Positions 41,995 through 55,422 of a stretch of DNA of 64,000 nucleotides are shown here, piece after piece (position 1 is the stretch's first letter; every line of letters begins with the position of its first letter). The stretch covers positions 71,087 to 135,086 of the forward strand of contig JAQGDQ010000587.1 of assembly GCA_030141605.1 (NCBI GenBank), read 5' to 3'. Under the pieces are notes generated by a model. The model was not told where the DNA came from. It saw only the letters and a list, made by a program, of their open reading frames with translations, and did not search any database. Origin of the DNA: Tubiluchus corallicola. Its lineage: Eukaryota; Animalia; Priapulida. Both the position numbers and the translations under genes were made by a program.

Positions 41995-42480
41995 TAGAGA
42001 GAAAGAGAAGGAAAAGAGAACGATAGGGGAGATTGAGGAATGTGGCAGCGAGAGAGAGAGAGGGGGAGGGAAAGAGAGAGGGAGAGGGAGAGAGATACAG
42101 ATGAAGAGGCAGAGTAACGAAGTGAGAGCTAGAGAGAGAGAGAGAGAGAGAGGGGGGGAGGGAAAGAGAGAGGGAGAGAGATACAGATGAAGAGGCAGAG
42201 TAACGAAGTGAGAGCTAGAGAGAGAGAGAGGGGGGAGGGGGAGAGAGAGGGAGAGGGAAAGAGAGAGGGAGACAGATACAGATGAAGAGGCAGAGTAACG
42301 AAGTGAGAACTAGAGAGAGAGAGAGAGAGAGAGAGAGTAGATAGGGAGGGAGAGGGAGAACGAGAAGGGAAAGGAGGGATAGAAGGAGATAGTGAGAGAA
42401 AGAGAGGGAGGATGAGGAAGTGAGCGAGAAAGTGACAAAGAGAAAGTGAGAGAGAGAGAGAGAGAGAAGAGGGAAAGAAA
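41995..42480. repeat. (GA)-rich tract with a triplicated cassette
   Basis: gatacagatgaagaggcagagtaacgaagtgaga occurs three times among (GA)n runs. Confidence 0.92.
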
Positions 42481-44921
42481 AAACAAAAATCTACACACAA
42501 AGGCAATGAAAGGCATAAACGAAAGCAAAGATAATCTGTAAGAGATAATCTGATTGAACGAATCTGAGGACAATTTAAAACCTAAATTAATTAAGCTAAC
42601 TTAATTATATTCTCCCCAGAATCTCCGCACACGAGAATATTCACTCCTTTCACGTATCCGACTTTACCTTCGTCCTTCGCCATTATCACCCTTTCCCGAA
42701 ATTCCTGTTTAACTTCCTCTTCCGCCCACGCGGTGCCCGGCCAGGTTAATTTTTTGGCAACGAACCAAGCACCTCCACCAAACTTCAAGGTCCTTCCTGC
42801 ATTCCAGTCAAGATTAGAGGAGAATCCACTCACGACTAACAATAATTGCATTACCCACTGACGCATATAGTGAAATGCAAAGACCTTTGTATTACAATAG
42901 TATATTTCAGGACGGACACTTAATCACCACCACATTGGGTATATATTCATTGTAATAATATCATAATGAGGCGTTTAATGCTTTTGAATCGATGCCTGAC
43001 ACACCTGCATGGTTATATAGGCGTTACGTAACCCAGGTGAGCTCAATTCGTGATTATTCAAAACTGCTGATTCATTGATTTTTCTCTAAATCTCAAATGA
43101 CAGCCATTGTGTTACGAGTGATGCAACTGAGTGTTTGCATCGTGACGAAGTTTGAAAGCAACTAAGTTTTTTATCAGGAAGCGTGAATTCTTTCTACTCT
43201 GTCACTGACCTTGAACGTAGCTCTAGGTTTCTAGAACGTTCTGTTATCTTCCACTAGAGGCCCAAACGAATCTCTCCGAATTAAGGGTTATGATTATTGC
43301 TTGGATTAAGCCCGGCCAAGTGAAATATGGACCATTTAATGAAGAGAAGCCCATTAATTAGGATTTGGAACATGGTAGTTGACAGAAAATAAGTGAATAC
43401 AATACTTATTCTAATTCAGCGGGTCCACGCAGTTTGCAATTGGTTAGAAATTTCATTCAAATTAGCAACAACAACAACAAATCACAATTAATGAAATCTA
43501 TTTAATACAGAGACGTTCGTTGGTTAGGAGCTGCAATTTGGTAAAAGTTTACAGAAAATCAAAGTTAACCAAATCTGTCTTACTGCAGACAGGTCGAAAA
43601 CAGAGTAACCAGACTAAAGAAAAAAATCATTAGCAGTCAGTTGAATCGAGACATGAATAAATTTTATGTCATAATTAACGTTCTGACATCAACTTGTTTT
43701 GACATCAAACTAAGATGTTATCAACATAGATTTTATGACAGAATCTGCAAAAATGAAAGCATATTTACCTCATAGAATAGAATATTAAAATTGAAAATGG
43801 ATCAATTTCATAGCAATAATGAAATTGTGAAGGGAAAAAACGAGCACTTCTATGGTAAGCATTTATTTATGTCGTTCAAAATTTCATAATTATTATAAAA
43901 TTTATGCATTCACAATTTTCTTATTTCATTCTATAATGTAAATGTATTTTCATTCTTACAGATGCTCTTATAATTTCTACGCATCTTGCTTTGATTTTGA
44001 AACGTCTGTTATGAAATAAATCATGTCTCTATTCAAATGGGTAATTAGTGATTCTTTTCTTGTGAAACGTCGCTTTCCCAGTCTAAATGTGTTTCCCAAC
44101 CGGATCCATTTTAATGGAAAGACGGCAATTGATTAAGACTTGCATTTATTATGAGAAAATCAAATCCATTTTAACATGTCTGTATGTAACATTATCTTCT
44201 TCTTACCACGTACATGTACAGCATAGATGCAAGGTCAACTTACGTGTCAAAATTTTCTAAATTCTTTACATACCTCAGCCTTAACAGTTTTTTTCGACCG
44301 CATTATCAAAGTATTGTAACAACTAAGCCTTTACAACTCATTAAACATGCAAGCTACCTGGTCAGCTCGCCTAGCGTGTATAAGTGACCACTTGAGCAAG
44401 AAAAGTGAACTTTAGAGGAGGAACCTCTCGTCAAGTAAAAGTGCAAATCCACCTAAGTGACTGAGAGATGAAAAGGAAGGAGAATGTAACAGCCGAACGA
44501 GCGAAAAATGGAGCAAAAAATGACAGTAAGTCCCTCTTAACCTCTCACTGGTGATGCTTCCTGCCGTTAGAATTGTCTGTTATTCTGTTAGATGGTCAAA
44601 GAAAGTTCTTTGTTGCATAAAAAATCGATAACTTTTACCACTTTCCGCGTTTTTTGTTCATCTGCTCAAAACTTTTTACCCACAATTGGTTAGTTAGTTA
44701 GTCATTTATACTGGTACACTGGTAGTACTAGTAATAACTGAGTATAGCAAATATGTTAGCAGAAAGTAACATATTCCACAGGTAAGAGGTCGGGGGAAAA
44801 TGGTTTATAGGCAGACTGAGGGCCTGAAATTTCTTGCACTGTTTTATAGTGTGCACTCTATCTTTGTTTGCAAACTATAGGTAACAGAAACAAACCAATT
44901 AAGTCACTGTTGTTGTTGCTT

Positions 44922-44958
<37 letters not shown>

Positions 44959-46667
44959 TCTTATAATAATGTTACACCACATGCAAATTGTTTTTGCACG
45001 TTTGCTTTTGAACCAGTGCACCACTGATTACCATTACATGCATCATTTAAGTTACAGTGACCTGACCGGCGTATGGTTTGTTCACCAGTCCGTCTCTCTA
45101 CATTCATTACTAAATTCACAGCTGTATGTAAAAACGTACTAAGTTTAAATGAGAAAAAGTACTGTGAACTGTGAACTGCAACTGAAATCAGACAACCGAA
45201 TCGATACATTTCTAATCTATGCTGCAAACTGGCCCAATTGTTTCTGAGAAAAATCACTCTTCTGTAAAAATTTGGTGCGCCCAGATTTCAGAGATCTCCT
45301 CTATACTTCACGATGCCCCGCATTTTACAACAATTGTTATAAAATTGTCGCTTACTTCCAGGTAAAGACTGCGGCTGTGTGAAAAAGGGCGAATTCAAAA
45401 AGGGACTGAGAAGGTATCTGCTGTTACCACCCTGAAGATCTGTCCCAAATACAAAACAACAACAAAAGTTACTTTCACAATAATCACTTAGGTACAAAAA
45501 ACGTCGCTGCGAACTGAAAAAGCTCCCTCTTTGACAACATTCAAACTTCAACTGATTTTTGTCTACCTTCTCTGAGCTGGATCCAACCTCTGCGCGAACA
45601 TGTTTTATGCCCTTGTTTTACAACCGTTTAAAGGCTGAATTAGAGCTTTTTTACCTACAACTAAAGAGTTGAACTTCATTTGCGCCTGTAGTTTATAATT
45701 AGAACATTATCCACATCATTCAGCCCCCAGAAAATAGCAATTATGAGTTTAGTTTGTGGGTAGATTCACAATTATTTATTTAATTGTCTGTTTACTTACT
45801 TATTTATTTATTTATTTGCTTGCTTGTTTATTTTTTATTTATTTACTTATATATACAGTATATGTGTAAGTATAATTGTTTATTTGTTTATTTATTTACT
45901 CATTTATTTATTTAGATACATTTTTTAAACTCACGTTTTATTGATTTTTTAAACCGTCAATTATTGATTTTTTTTTAATCTAACATTTATTACGTATATA
46001 AGTTATAACAAAATTTCATAATATTATATAATGAAATGTAGGGCCTAATATAATAAACAGATATATCATAACAGATATATCATCAAATTTAATGTTACAT
46101 CACATGTAATATAATAGAGTAATTAGCACCGTTTACATCGTTACATCATCATCATCAGCAGCAGCAGCAGCAGCAACAACAACAACAACAACATACACGG
46201 CTTCTAGTTTTCCCCTTTCGAACCCTAAACAAAGTTTGTAAAGCATTATTGTAAAACACCCTCTTTTCATCAACAAATCTGAAACACCTGTCTTTATTTT
46301 GCTTTTATAAAAAAGAGTCTTGAAGCCATAGTTTAGCCAGGTGCTCTAGAGGCCTTCTTGGTTAGCTACTTAGTTACAATTAGTTGGTCTCGAGCTTGTG
46401 TTTTGCTCAGTTTCCATAGTAACGTAACTGTTAATGAGACAACTTGTAGGAGTCTGCCTAGCAAAACAGTGAGAGGTTTCTGCATTTTCAACTGCCAAAG
46501 CGATAAAATAACTGAGTGGTGACGGTGTTTGCGTAGCTATGAAAATTAAGTAGCGATCAGCAAGTGCCACGCGGATGGATGATTTTTTGTCTGTTTTCAT
46601 TTTAAATCTCCCGCAATACTGTTCCGACCGCGCCATTACGTGACGTCATATACGCAAAACGTAAATC

Positions 46668-47118
46668 AGGGGAAGAAAAGGAAATGTTAAATTATGTCCC
46701 ATTAAGCTTTCCATGCAAAGTTATACGACGTAGCATTTCACTTACCTGCTTGAAAGATTTATGTAACTAGAAAAGAAAATTATTAATTATTTAAAGTACT
46801 TTCACCAATTGGTAAAATGTCGCTTACTCACCTCAAAGTTGCACGGTACAATAGATATTGACAAGATACAGTAATTTAAAAAGTTTTCTTAGTTAGCGAC
46901 ATCTGCGCTACAAAAGCTCTGATTATTTTTTTAAACTTTACTCAGTGTTATCTAAACTTGTTTCAAGCGACCTAATCGTCAAAATGGCTGCGTCAACGTT
47001 TAAATTTACACGTTTTAAACAGCGTTGCGGCCGATGCATGGCAAAAGGCCGTAACTAAATGGTATAAAATTTCAAGACGATTTTTAAGCTTTATGTAAGT
47101 GGAGGGTTTTCCTGTGCT
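46668..47118 (+). mobile_element. Family C element, both ends present (Kolobok-like)
   Basis: Starts aggggaagaaaagg, ends ggttttcctgtgct|TTAA. The reverse copy ends ttctttccct|TTAA at 48440. Confidence 0.65.
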
Positions 47119-48044
47119 TTAACGTGACGTCATTTCCCTTGTCTGTCATTACACTTCATACACACTGCATTTAGCTACATTACAAGTTGTGTTAATTTTC
47201 CCTAACCTTGGCATTAATTAACTTGTATGCAACCAGAAATGCCAACGTTACTCGGTATACATCAAGAGCAGGTAACTTGGTTTATTTTATCGACGAACAT
47301 CACAAAACAATATACAATACAATGTACATGTAAAAATCATTATCATTATCATTATGGTATTTGCATTGTTTGAGGCCTTCATACAAAAAAGCCTAGCAGC
47401 CAACAGAAAAATGCACTCCATAAAAGAGTACTTTCAATATTTTCAAGTCTCATCCTCGGCAATCTTGACTCTGTGTCTGTCTGATCCCTCGGCAAGAGAG
47501 GCAATTTTGTCTCCGCCTGTCTTATCCCTCGCCAAACGCGGCGATCTTGTCTCTGTTTCTGCATCTTTTCTTGACAAAGCTTGATCAGTTTTGTCATTCC
47601 GGTCGCGTAAAGCGAACAAAGGATTTAGCGAATAAACTTGTATTTTACTTGACAAGCCCAGATTTCTCCAAGGATTTAGAAGAGAAGGTTCTGCGGAAAA
47701 GAGGCACTTGAGCGTCAGGCTAATCGAATCCTGAATTCTTGATCCTGTCGAGAAACTTGTCTGCTAAAAAAACTTGCACGGTCACGCCAAAAACCGCCAC
47801 TGACACGCCAAAATCCGCCAAAATAACAGACAACCAGAGAATTTAACAATTGCTAACATAGTCAATTCATACTCACTTTTTTATTCTGATCGTGTCAATG
47901 AAGACCAATGGCCATTCGACCTGACAGACTATAGTAATTAAGTAAATATATGAATGCAGGTCTAGAAAAATAAAAATTTCATAACTCTTTTGCCAGTGAT
48001 ACAAGATTTTATAAATCTTATTACCAATGCATACTGTCTTGTTG

Positions 48045-48440
48045 CATACAGGGCTTGTGTTAGCAGTAACGCTGTGTAAAACTTGTAAACGTAAACTCCC
48101 GCGAAGACCGTTATGCGCAGCCATTTTAGCGGTAAGTCGTTTAAAACAAGTTTAGATAACTTTGTGTAAAGCTTGAAAAAAGTCAGAGAATTCGTAACGC
48201 ACTCTTCGCTAACTAAGCAAACTACTTTACATTGTCAATTAGATCAATGATGTGTTTTTGGTGAATCAGTGGTGCACAATGGGATAGCGAAACAGTGACA
48301 TTTTACCAGGCGACGTAGAAATCGAGAATTTTCTTTTTCTTTTACATAAATCTTTCAAGCAGGTAAGCGTGATTCTAAGTAATATAACTTTGTATGGAAA
48401 GTTCTTTGGGATATGCTTAAAAATTCCCTTTTCTTTCCCT
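48045..48440 (-). mobile_element. Family C element, reverse orientation
   Basis: gcagtaacgctgt..aaaacttgtaaa...gcgcagccatttt...aaacaagtttagataac; terminus followed by TTAA (48441-48444). Confidence 0.7.
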
Positions 48441-49311
48441 TTAAGTTCTGGATAAAATAATTCGCGTTGCATAGAGTTAATAGGAATTAATTTTCTGCAA
48501 GAAAATACCACATATAAGAAGCCCGAAAAAAACTGACTGGAACTGGAACCAGAAATTCTTTTAAGTAACAAAAGCGCACTCTTTTCGAAAACCTTTCAGG
48601 TAATAACATTATAATATTATTTTATTTTTTCCCTTAATTAAAAATGTACAATATGAAGCCAAGTGACACGAATGCGTAACCATGGAAACAGCCTGAAGCT
48701 ATTGTCGAAGCAGCTCACTTGAAAGGCTCTAAATGACCTACTTAATGATAATAAAAACGTTAATCATCATTTTGACTTTGCGAGAAAGTAAAAAAAAAAC
48801 AGCGCCATCAAGCGACAAAAAACGCAGTGTGTTTACGACACAATGAAATCTCACAAAACATCCAGAAGCTCGGAATTACGACTCTTGTATGAATATAAAA
48901 TTCAATAAATCAACCAAAAATGGAATATGAGTCATTTTTCAGTGCCTTGGCAGGGAAATTGAATCTTAATTCCATTGGGCACAATATTACATGCTCTCAA
49001 ACTCGCAGAGTGGAAACAAATTAAATGACGTGTGACGTCATAAATGCGCAAATTGAAATTTTTCTTCGTAATATAAGCAATAAGGCGTGTGCGCATGCGC
49101 ACAGTATTCAACAGTTGGAGATTTTATCAGCCTATAATAGTTTGCTGATACAATAAAAGCCATTTCAAAGGCTATTATGTCAACATTACTTAGTAGGCCC
49201 ACTGTCCTGCAGTTTACAACTGGAGGTACCGTTGACTTGTGAAAGCATGCGGCAAACAATAGTCCTGCAGTTAGCTTACAGTATGAACATTGAATCATGC
49301 ATCCAGGGGTA

Positions 49312-51132
49312 TGATTTTGTTCACCTCTTTATGCCAAGACTCCCTTCTCTCTTCAATGGAAAAAGTGCTTCCATCAGGGACATGATTTTGTTCACCTCTT
49401 TATGCCAAGACTCCCTTCTCTCTTCAATGGAAAAAGTGCTTTCATCAGGGACATGATTTTGTTCACCTCTTTATGCCAAGACTCCCTTCTCTCTTCAATG
49501 GGAAAAGTGCTTCCATCAGGGACATGATTTTGTTCACCTCTTTATGCCAAGACTCCCTTCTCTCTTCAATGGAAAAAGTGCTTCCATCAGGGACATGATT
49601 TTGTTCACCTCTTTATGCCAAGACTCCCTTCTCTCTTCAATGGAAAAAGTGCTTCCATCAGGGACATGATTTTGTTCACCTCTTTATGCAAAGACTCCCT
49701 TCTCTTCAATGGAAAAAGTGCTTCCATCAGGGACATGATTTTGTTCACCTCTTTATGCAAAGACTCCCTTCTGTTCAATGGAAAAAGTGCTTCCATCAGG
49801 GACATGATTTTGTTCACCTCTTTATGCAAAGACTCCCTTCTCTCTTCAATAGAAGAAGCGCTTCCATCAGGGACATGATTTTGTTCAACTCTTTATGCAA
49901 AGACTCCCTTCTCTCTTCAATGGAAAAAGTGCTTCCATCAGGGACATGATTTTGTTCACCTCTTTATGCCAAGACTCCCTTCTCTCTTCAATGGAAAAAG
50001 TGCTTCCATCAGGGACATGATTTTGTTCACCTCTTTATGCCAAGACTCCCTTCTCTCTTCAATGGAAAAAGTGCTTCCATCAGGGACATGATTTTGTTCA
50101 ACTCTTTATGCAAAGACTCCCTTCTCTCTTCAATGGAAAAAGTGCTTCCATCAGGGACATGATTTTGTTCACCTCTTTATGCCAAGACGCCCTTCTCTCT
50201 TCAATGGAAAAAGTGCTTCCATCAGGGACATGATTCTGTTCAACTCTTTATGCCAAGACTCCCTTCTCTCTTCAGTGGAAAAAGTGCTTCCATCAGGGAC
50301 ATGATTTTGTTCACCTCTTTATGCCAAGACTCCCTTCTCTCTTCAATGGAAAAAGTGCTTCCATCAGGGACATGATTTTGTTCACCTCTTTATGCAAAGA
50401 CTCCCTTCTCTCTTCAGTGGAAAAAGTGCTTCCATCAGGGACATGATTTTGTTCACCTCTTTATGCAAAGACTCCCTTCTGTTCAATGGAAAAAGTGCTT
50501 CCATCAGGGACATGATTTTGTTCACCTCTTTATGCAAAAACTCCCTTCTCTCTTCAATAGAAGAAGCGCTTCCATCAGGGACATGATTTTGTTCAACTCT
50601 TTATGCAAAGACTCCCTTCTCTTCAATGGAAAAAGTGCTTCCATCAGGGACATGATTTTGTTCACCTCTTTATGCAAAGACTCCCTTCTCTTCAATGGAA
50701 AAAGTGCTTCCATCAGGGACATGATTTTGTTCACCTCTTTATGCAAAGACTCCCTTCTCTCTTCAATGGAAAAAGTGCTTCCATCAGGGACATGATTTTG
50801 TTCAACTCTTTATGCAAAGACTCCCTTCTCTCTTCAATGGAAAAAGTGCTTCCATCAGGGACATGATTTTGTTCACCTCTTTATGCCAAGACGCCCTTCT
50901 CTCTTCAATGGAAAAAGTGCTTCCATCAGGGACATGATTCTGTTCAACTCTTTATGCCAAGACTCCCTTCTCTCTTCAGTGGAAAAAGTGCTTCCATCAG
51001 GGACATGATTCTGTTCAACTCTTTATGCCAAGACTCCCTTCTCTCTTCAATACAAGAAGCGCTTCCATCAGGGACATGATTCTGTTCAACTCTTTATGCC
51101 AAGACTCCCTTCTCTCTTCAATGGACAAAGTA
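49312..51132. repeat. 71/69-bp minisatellite, ~26 copies, contiguous with an RTE LINE 3' end
   Basis: Unit ttcacctctttatgccaagactcccttctctcttcaatggaaaaagtgcttccatcagggacatgattttg; some units lack one ct. Confidence 0.97.
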
Positions 51133-51400
51133 CTGAAGTGCTGAAGTGTTTAAATCTTTCTGGGTAAAATCTAAATATGTCAACATTTGCCTTCCTGCAG
51201 GTTTCCTGGCTTGTTGAAGAGCTATCTTCACTGGATTATCATCAGGTAGTCTAAGCATATGGCCAATCCATCTTAAACGGCATCTTTTTATTTTCTTGTT
51301 TAAGGTTCGTCTTTTACGTTTTCATATATACTTTTTCATCTTTATTTGAGATTTTCTTTGGCCATCTGATATTCACAATGTTTCTGTACTTTCGTGCCTT
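51133..51400 (-). mobile_element. RTE-clade LINE 3' ORF remnant (frameshifted)
   Basis: Hand translation: RKYRNIVNIRWPKKISNKDEKVY / KKIKRCRLRWIGHMLRLPDDNPVKIALQQARKPAGRQMLTYLDFTQKDL. The RLRWxGHxxR...GR motif is typical of the RTE C-terminus. Confidence 0.85.
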
Positions 51401-52299
51401 TGAAACACGTCAGCATATTCAAAACTCACAAAATATTTTAATAACAGGAAAATATCTTTCTAGAAACAAAAGTTAGAATATTCCCAGTCCTAGGTGAAAC
51501 TGTATTTTTGTATAACTTTGAGCTGTGTACATTAAAACCAAATTATAAAGCCGAAATTGAAAGTAATAAACAAGTGCAGCACAGATCACGTAGCAATATG
51601 AGAAATCTATGAATGCGTTCAATACTAACCGTTGCAGTAAGCTATTACTAACATGTCCAGGCATTGTGTGCTTATAATTGTTAAGCTTTCTAGGAAATAA
51701 TTAAAATGCCAATGAGTAATATGTGCTAGAAACGTTTTCAGGAAACCTAGCAAGTGTTACCATTGTATATTCTGCTAAATTTGCTTTATTAATAAACACA
51801 GTTTAACTTTCGCTAATAACAAAAATGAAGCCTGTTTGATTAAACTGATAAACACTGTGTTAACTTGGCTTCATTACATCATAGATGCTGTTGTGAACGG
51901 GTTAAGTGAGCTGTCACAAAACGCTGTCACAAACTCGAAAGAGTCAATGACTGAACAAAACAATATTAAAACATCAAAAACAGAAGCAGCTTTCTTTTTC
52001 AAGTGATCACGCTTGGACGGTGTGAACAGTGTTGGGCGAAACAGTGCTGTGTGGAAAGACTTAACCCTCAACTTGACCAGTCAAAGAGCTGCTGAGAGTT
52101 GTCCAAGTGGAGCATTTTCTAAGGAACAAAGGTGGCAAAGTTTTAAGCATTACCCTGTTTCTTACACGGTTCAGTGCACAGCAGGCCAGTCCAACAGTCA
52201 ACGCAGTATAGTATCAACTTATATGTTAACGATGGTGGCAGGAAGGTATCTAGCTTGTTACAAACTGCCCGGAAACTGCTTCCAGGTCATAAAAATGCT

Positions 52300-52630
52300 G
52301 TGTTAAGCAATCTCTAGATCTAACGCATTAGACCATTGTCAAAAGAAAGTTGCTGCTTCTACAAAAGTGAAACAAACTCAGTGAACGCTGATGTAGGACA
52401 AGAAGAAGCCAAAATTGGAAAAGGAAATTCTTCTTTCTCGCTTCTCAGTTAAATATCACCTGCTGTTTTAAGCAATCTCTAGATCTAACGCATTAGACCA
52501 TTGTCCAAAAGTAACCTCTGCCTGTTGTTGTTTGTACAAAAGTGAAACAAACTCAATGAAGGATGTTGTACGACAAGAAGAGGACAAAATTGGAAAAGTA
52601 AACACTTCCTACTCGCCTCTCAATTAAACA
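52300..52630. repeat. ~165-bp tandem duplication
   Basis: ttaagcaatctctagatctaacgcattagaccattgtc...gacaagaaga...caaaattggaaaag at about 52303 and 52468. Confidence 0.9.
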
Positions 52631-52953
52631 CAAGCAACTAATAATCACCTCTAAGACGCCTCTTCTTCATGTCCTCTAAATTGCAAGGTAATTAGAGACT
52701 GAAGGAAAGCAATTAAGATGCTGTATCATCTGCCTGACATGAGTGGTAATTATGGGTAAACGTGGAGCAGACAGAATTTGACGCAAGGCAGCTGCGAGCT
52801 TTGACTAAATCGTGCTGCTCACTAATTGCTGTTGTCGCTTTCTGTTACGACCACGTGCTGTCTTACGAACGAACGAACGAACGAACAAGTAAACACCCGA
52901 ACTTGTGAATACTTAAAAATAAAGAAATATAGAAACGAACAACCAAAGATTAA

Positions 52954-53570
52954 AGCAAGACAGGACCCAATCTTAAACTGTAGGTCAAAACAATCTACTA
53001 TGTAAAATTTTGAAAGGAAACACTATTTTTCAAAAATGACTTACGTGAAAGAATTATTACCACACAAACACAATTTCACGTTCGTGCCACTAGTTCTTCG
53101 CTGTTACATGCATTTTGGCATTCGATAGTTAGACGAGCACTAGCGCTTGCATTTCGGAAACGCATTGCACGAAAAACAGGTGCTGTACCGCTCAGTTCAG
53201 ATGTGTTAGTTTGTGACGAACTACACACGATCGACAGCTCATACGAGAGCACAACGGTAAATTTGAAATTTGAATTTTTATCTTAAAACTTGCCTAGTTT
53301 GAGTACAACACACTGAACATCTTACAATAGCACTGTACTTCAATTTTCGCTTTCGTAAACACGTGCAACACGCTCGTGGAATATTTTTGCTATTGAAAAT
53401 AGTGTTAATTTGTGACGTCATCAACAGTTGGACTCGCCCCTCCGTAAATTAAGATTTCAATCTGTTATTTAATTATCAGAAACGCTTTTCCAGTATTAAT
53501 TGTGTTAAAATGTGTACTTTTTATTGGACTTGAAAATGGGTTAGTATGTGAAAAATCATCCTGTCTTCCT
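52954..53570 (+). mobile_element. Family A MITE, full-length reference copy (~617 bp)
   Basis: TTAA|AGCAAGACAGGA ... TCCTGTCTTCCT|CTAA; the 12-bp TIR has one mismatch; no coding capacity. Confidence 0.85.
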
Positions 53571-54342
53571 CTAAATAATAATTACGTTAATTCCAGACTG
53601 CATTTAGCTAAAATACTTTTGTAGTACAAAATAACGAATATAATGTACATAGTGTAATATTTACAAATCTCCTGTACAACACAGAAAGTTACTATGACAA
53701 CAGCTATTCATCACCTGCCTGCCGCCTCGCCGAATGTATCCAGGGAATAATTGCATTATAATAATTCCATTTCCCCATTTTCCCACGAAACCTAGAATAA
53801 TGCAATGCTATCACGACATAACAGAGATAAAGTGCATGCAATAATGTGTTTGCAGATCTAAATGGTGCGGGGGGGGGGTCTGAATAAGGCTTTGTAGCTA
53901 ATGGGCCTGTAAACTAAAAAGCCTATGACAGGTCTAATACCAAAGTGGTCACGATATGCGCTTAGATATACAAGTTACGCAACAGTAGGGCCTGCGTAGT
54001 AAACTGAAGGGGAGATTTACGTGATACCGCTTGCCATACTGACCATAGCTGACCATACTGGCCATGTCTTTTTGAGGAGACGCAGCCAATCACCATGAAA
54101 ATACTTCGCTAGAGAGAGATTGCCAAGTAACTAAATTGACGGAAATGCGACAGCCAGGTAAACAGGAAGGTGTAGTTACCTGTACCTGAAATATTTGCTA
54201 TGGGGGCAGTAGTCAAATTTCCCTTCCCAGTCGCTTCCGCACCAGCCTTTATTGTTCTTATGACGAACTTTTACTCACGAAAAGTTAAAATTAGCAAACA
54301 AAACTGCATGTGTAGGTAGAATTCACGTTCCGAGTTGCTGAG

Positions 54343-55422
54343 TTGTAGAGCCTAAATTCTGAATTGTTGTACCGTAGAGCCTAAGTTTTAAATTGTTGTA
54401 CTGTAGGGCCTAAATTCTGAATTGTTGTACTGTAGAGCCTAAGTTTTAAATTGTTGTACTGTAGAGCCTAAATGCTAAATTGTTGTACCGTAGAGCCTAA
54501 ATTCTAAATTGTTGTACTGTAGAGCCTAAATTCTAAATTGTTGTACCGTAGAGCCTAAATTCTAAATTGTTGTACTGTAGAGCCTAAGTTTTAAATTGTT
54601 GTACCGCAGGGCCTAGATTCTGAATTGTTGTACTGTAGAGCTTAAGTTTTAAATTGTTGTACTGTAAGGCCTAAATTCTGAATTGTTGTACCGTAGAGCC
54701 TAAGTTTTAAATTGTTGTACTGTAGAGCCTAAGTTTTAAATTGTTGTACTGTAGGGCCTAAATTCTGAATTGTTGTACTGTAGAGCCTAAGTTTTAAATT
54801 GTTGTACCGTAGAGCCTAAATTCTAAATTGTTGTACTGTAGAGCCTAAGTTTTAAATTGTTGTACCGTAGGGCCTAGATTCTGAATTGTTGTACTGTAGA
54901 GCTTAAGTTTTAAATTGTTGTACTGTAAGGCCTAAATTCTGAATTGTTGTACTGTAGAGCCTAAATTCTGAATTGTTGTACCGTAGAGCCTAAGTTTTAA
55001 ATTGTTGTACTGTAGGGCCTAAATTCTGAATTGTTGTACTGTAGAGCCTAAGTTTTAAATTGTTGTACTGTAAAGCCTAAATTCTAAATTGTTGTACCGT
55101 AGAGCCTAAATTCTAAATTGTTGTACTGTAGAGCCTAAATTCTAAATTGTTGTACTGTAGAGCCTAAATTCTAAATTGTTGTACCGTAGAGCCTAAATTC
55201 TAAATTGTTGTACTGTAGAGCCTAAATTCTGAATTGGTGCACCGTAGAGCCTAAGTTTTAGATTGTTGTACTGTAGAGCCTAAATTCTAAATTGTTGTAC
55301 TGTAGGGCATAAGCTCTAAATTGTTGTACTGTAGAGCCTAAATTCTAAATTGTTGTACTGTAGAGCCTAAGCTCTAAATTGTTGTACTGCGCAACGTAAT
55401 TTCTAAGTTGTTCTATTGTAGA
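54343..55422. repeat. 29-bp minisatellite, ~37 copies
   Basis: Unit tagagcctaaattctaaattgttgtactg, with aattctga / agttttaa variants often alternating. Confidence 0.97.

Noticed and set aside
37288-47802. cagtggcggttt (37288) and aaaccgccactg (~47791) as TIRs of a 10.5-kb transposon
   Set aside because: It is only a 12-bp match over a long distance, with no TSD or transposase seen; probably chance or independent fragments.
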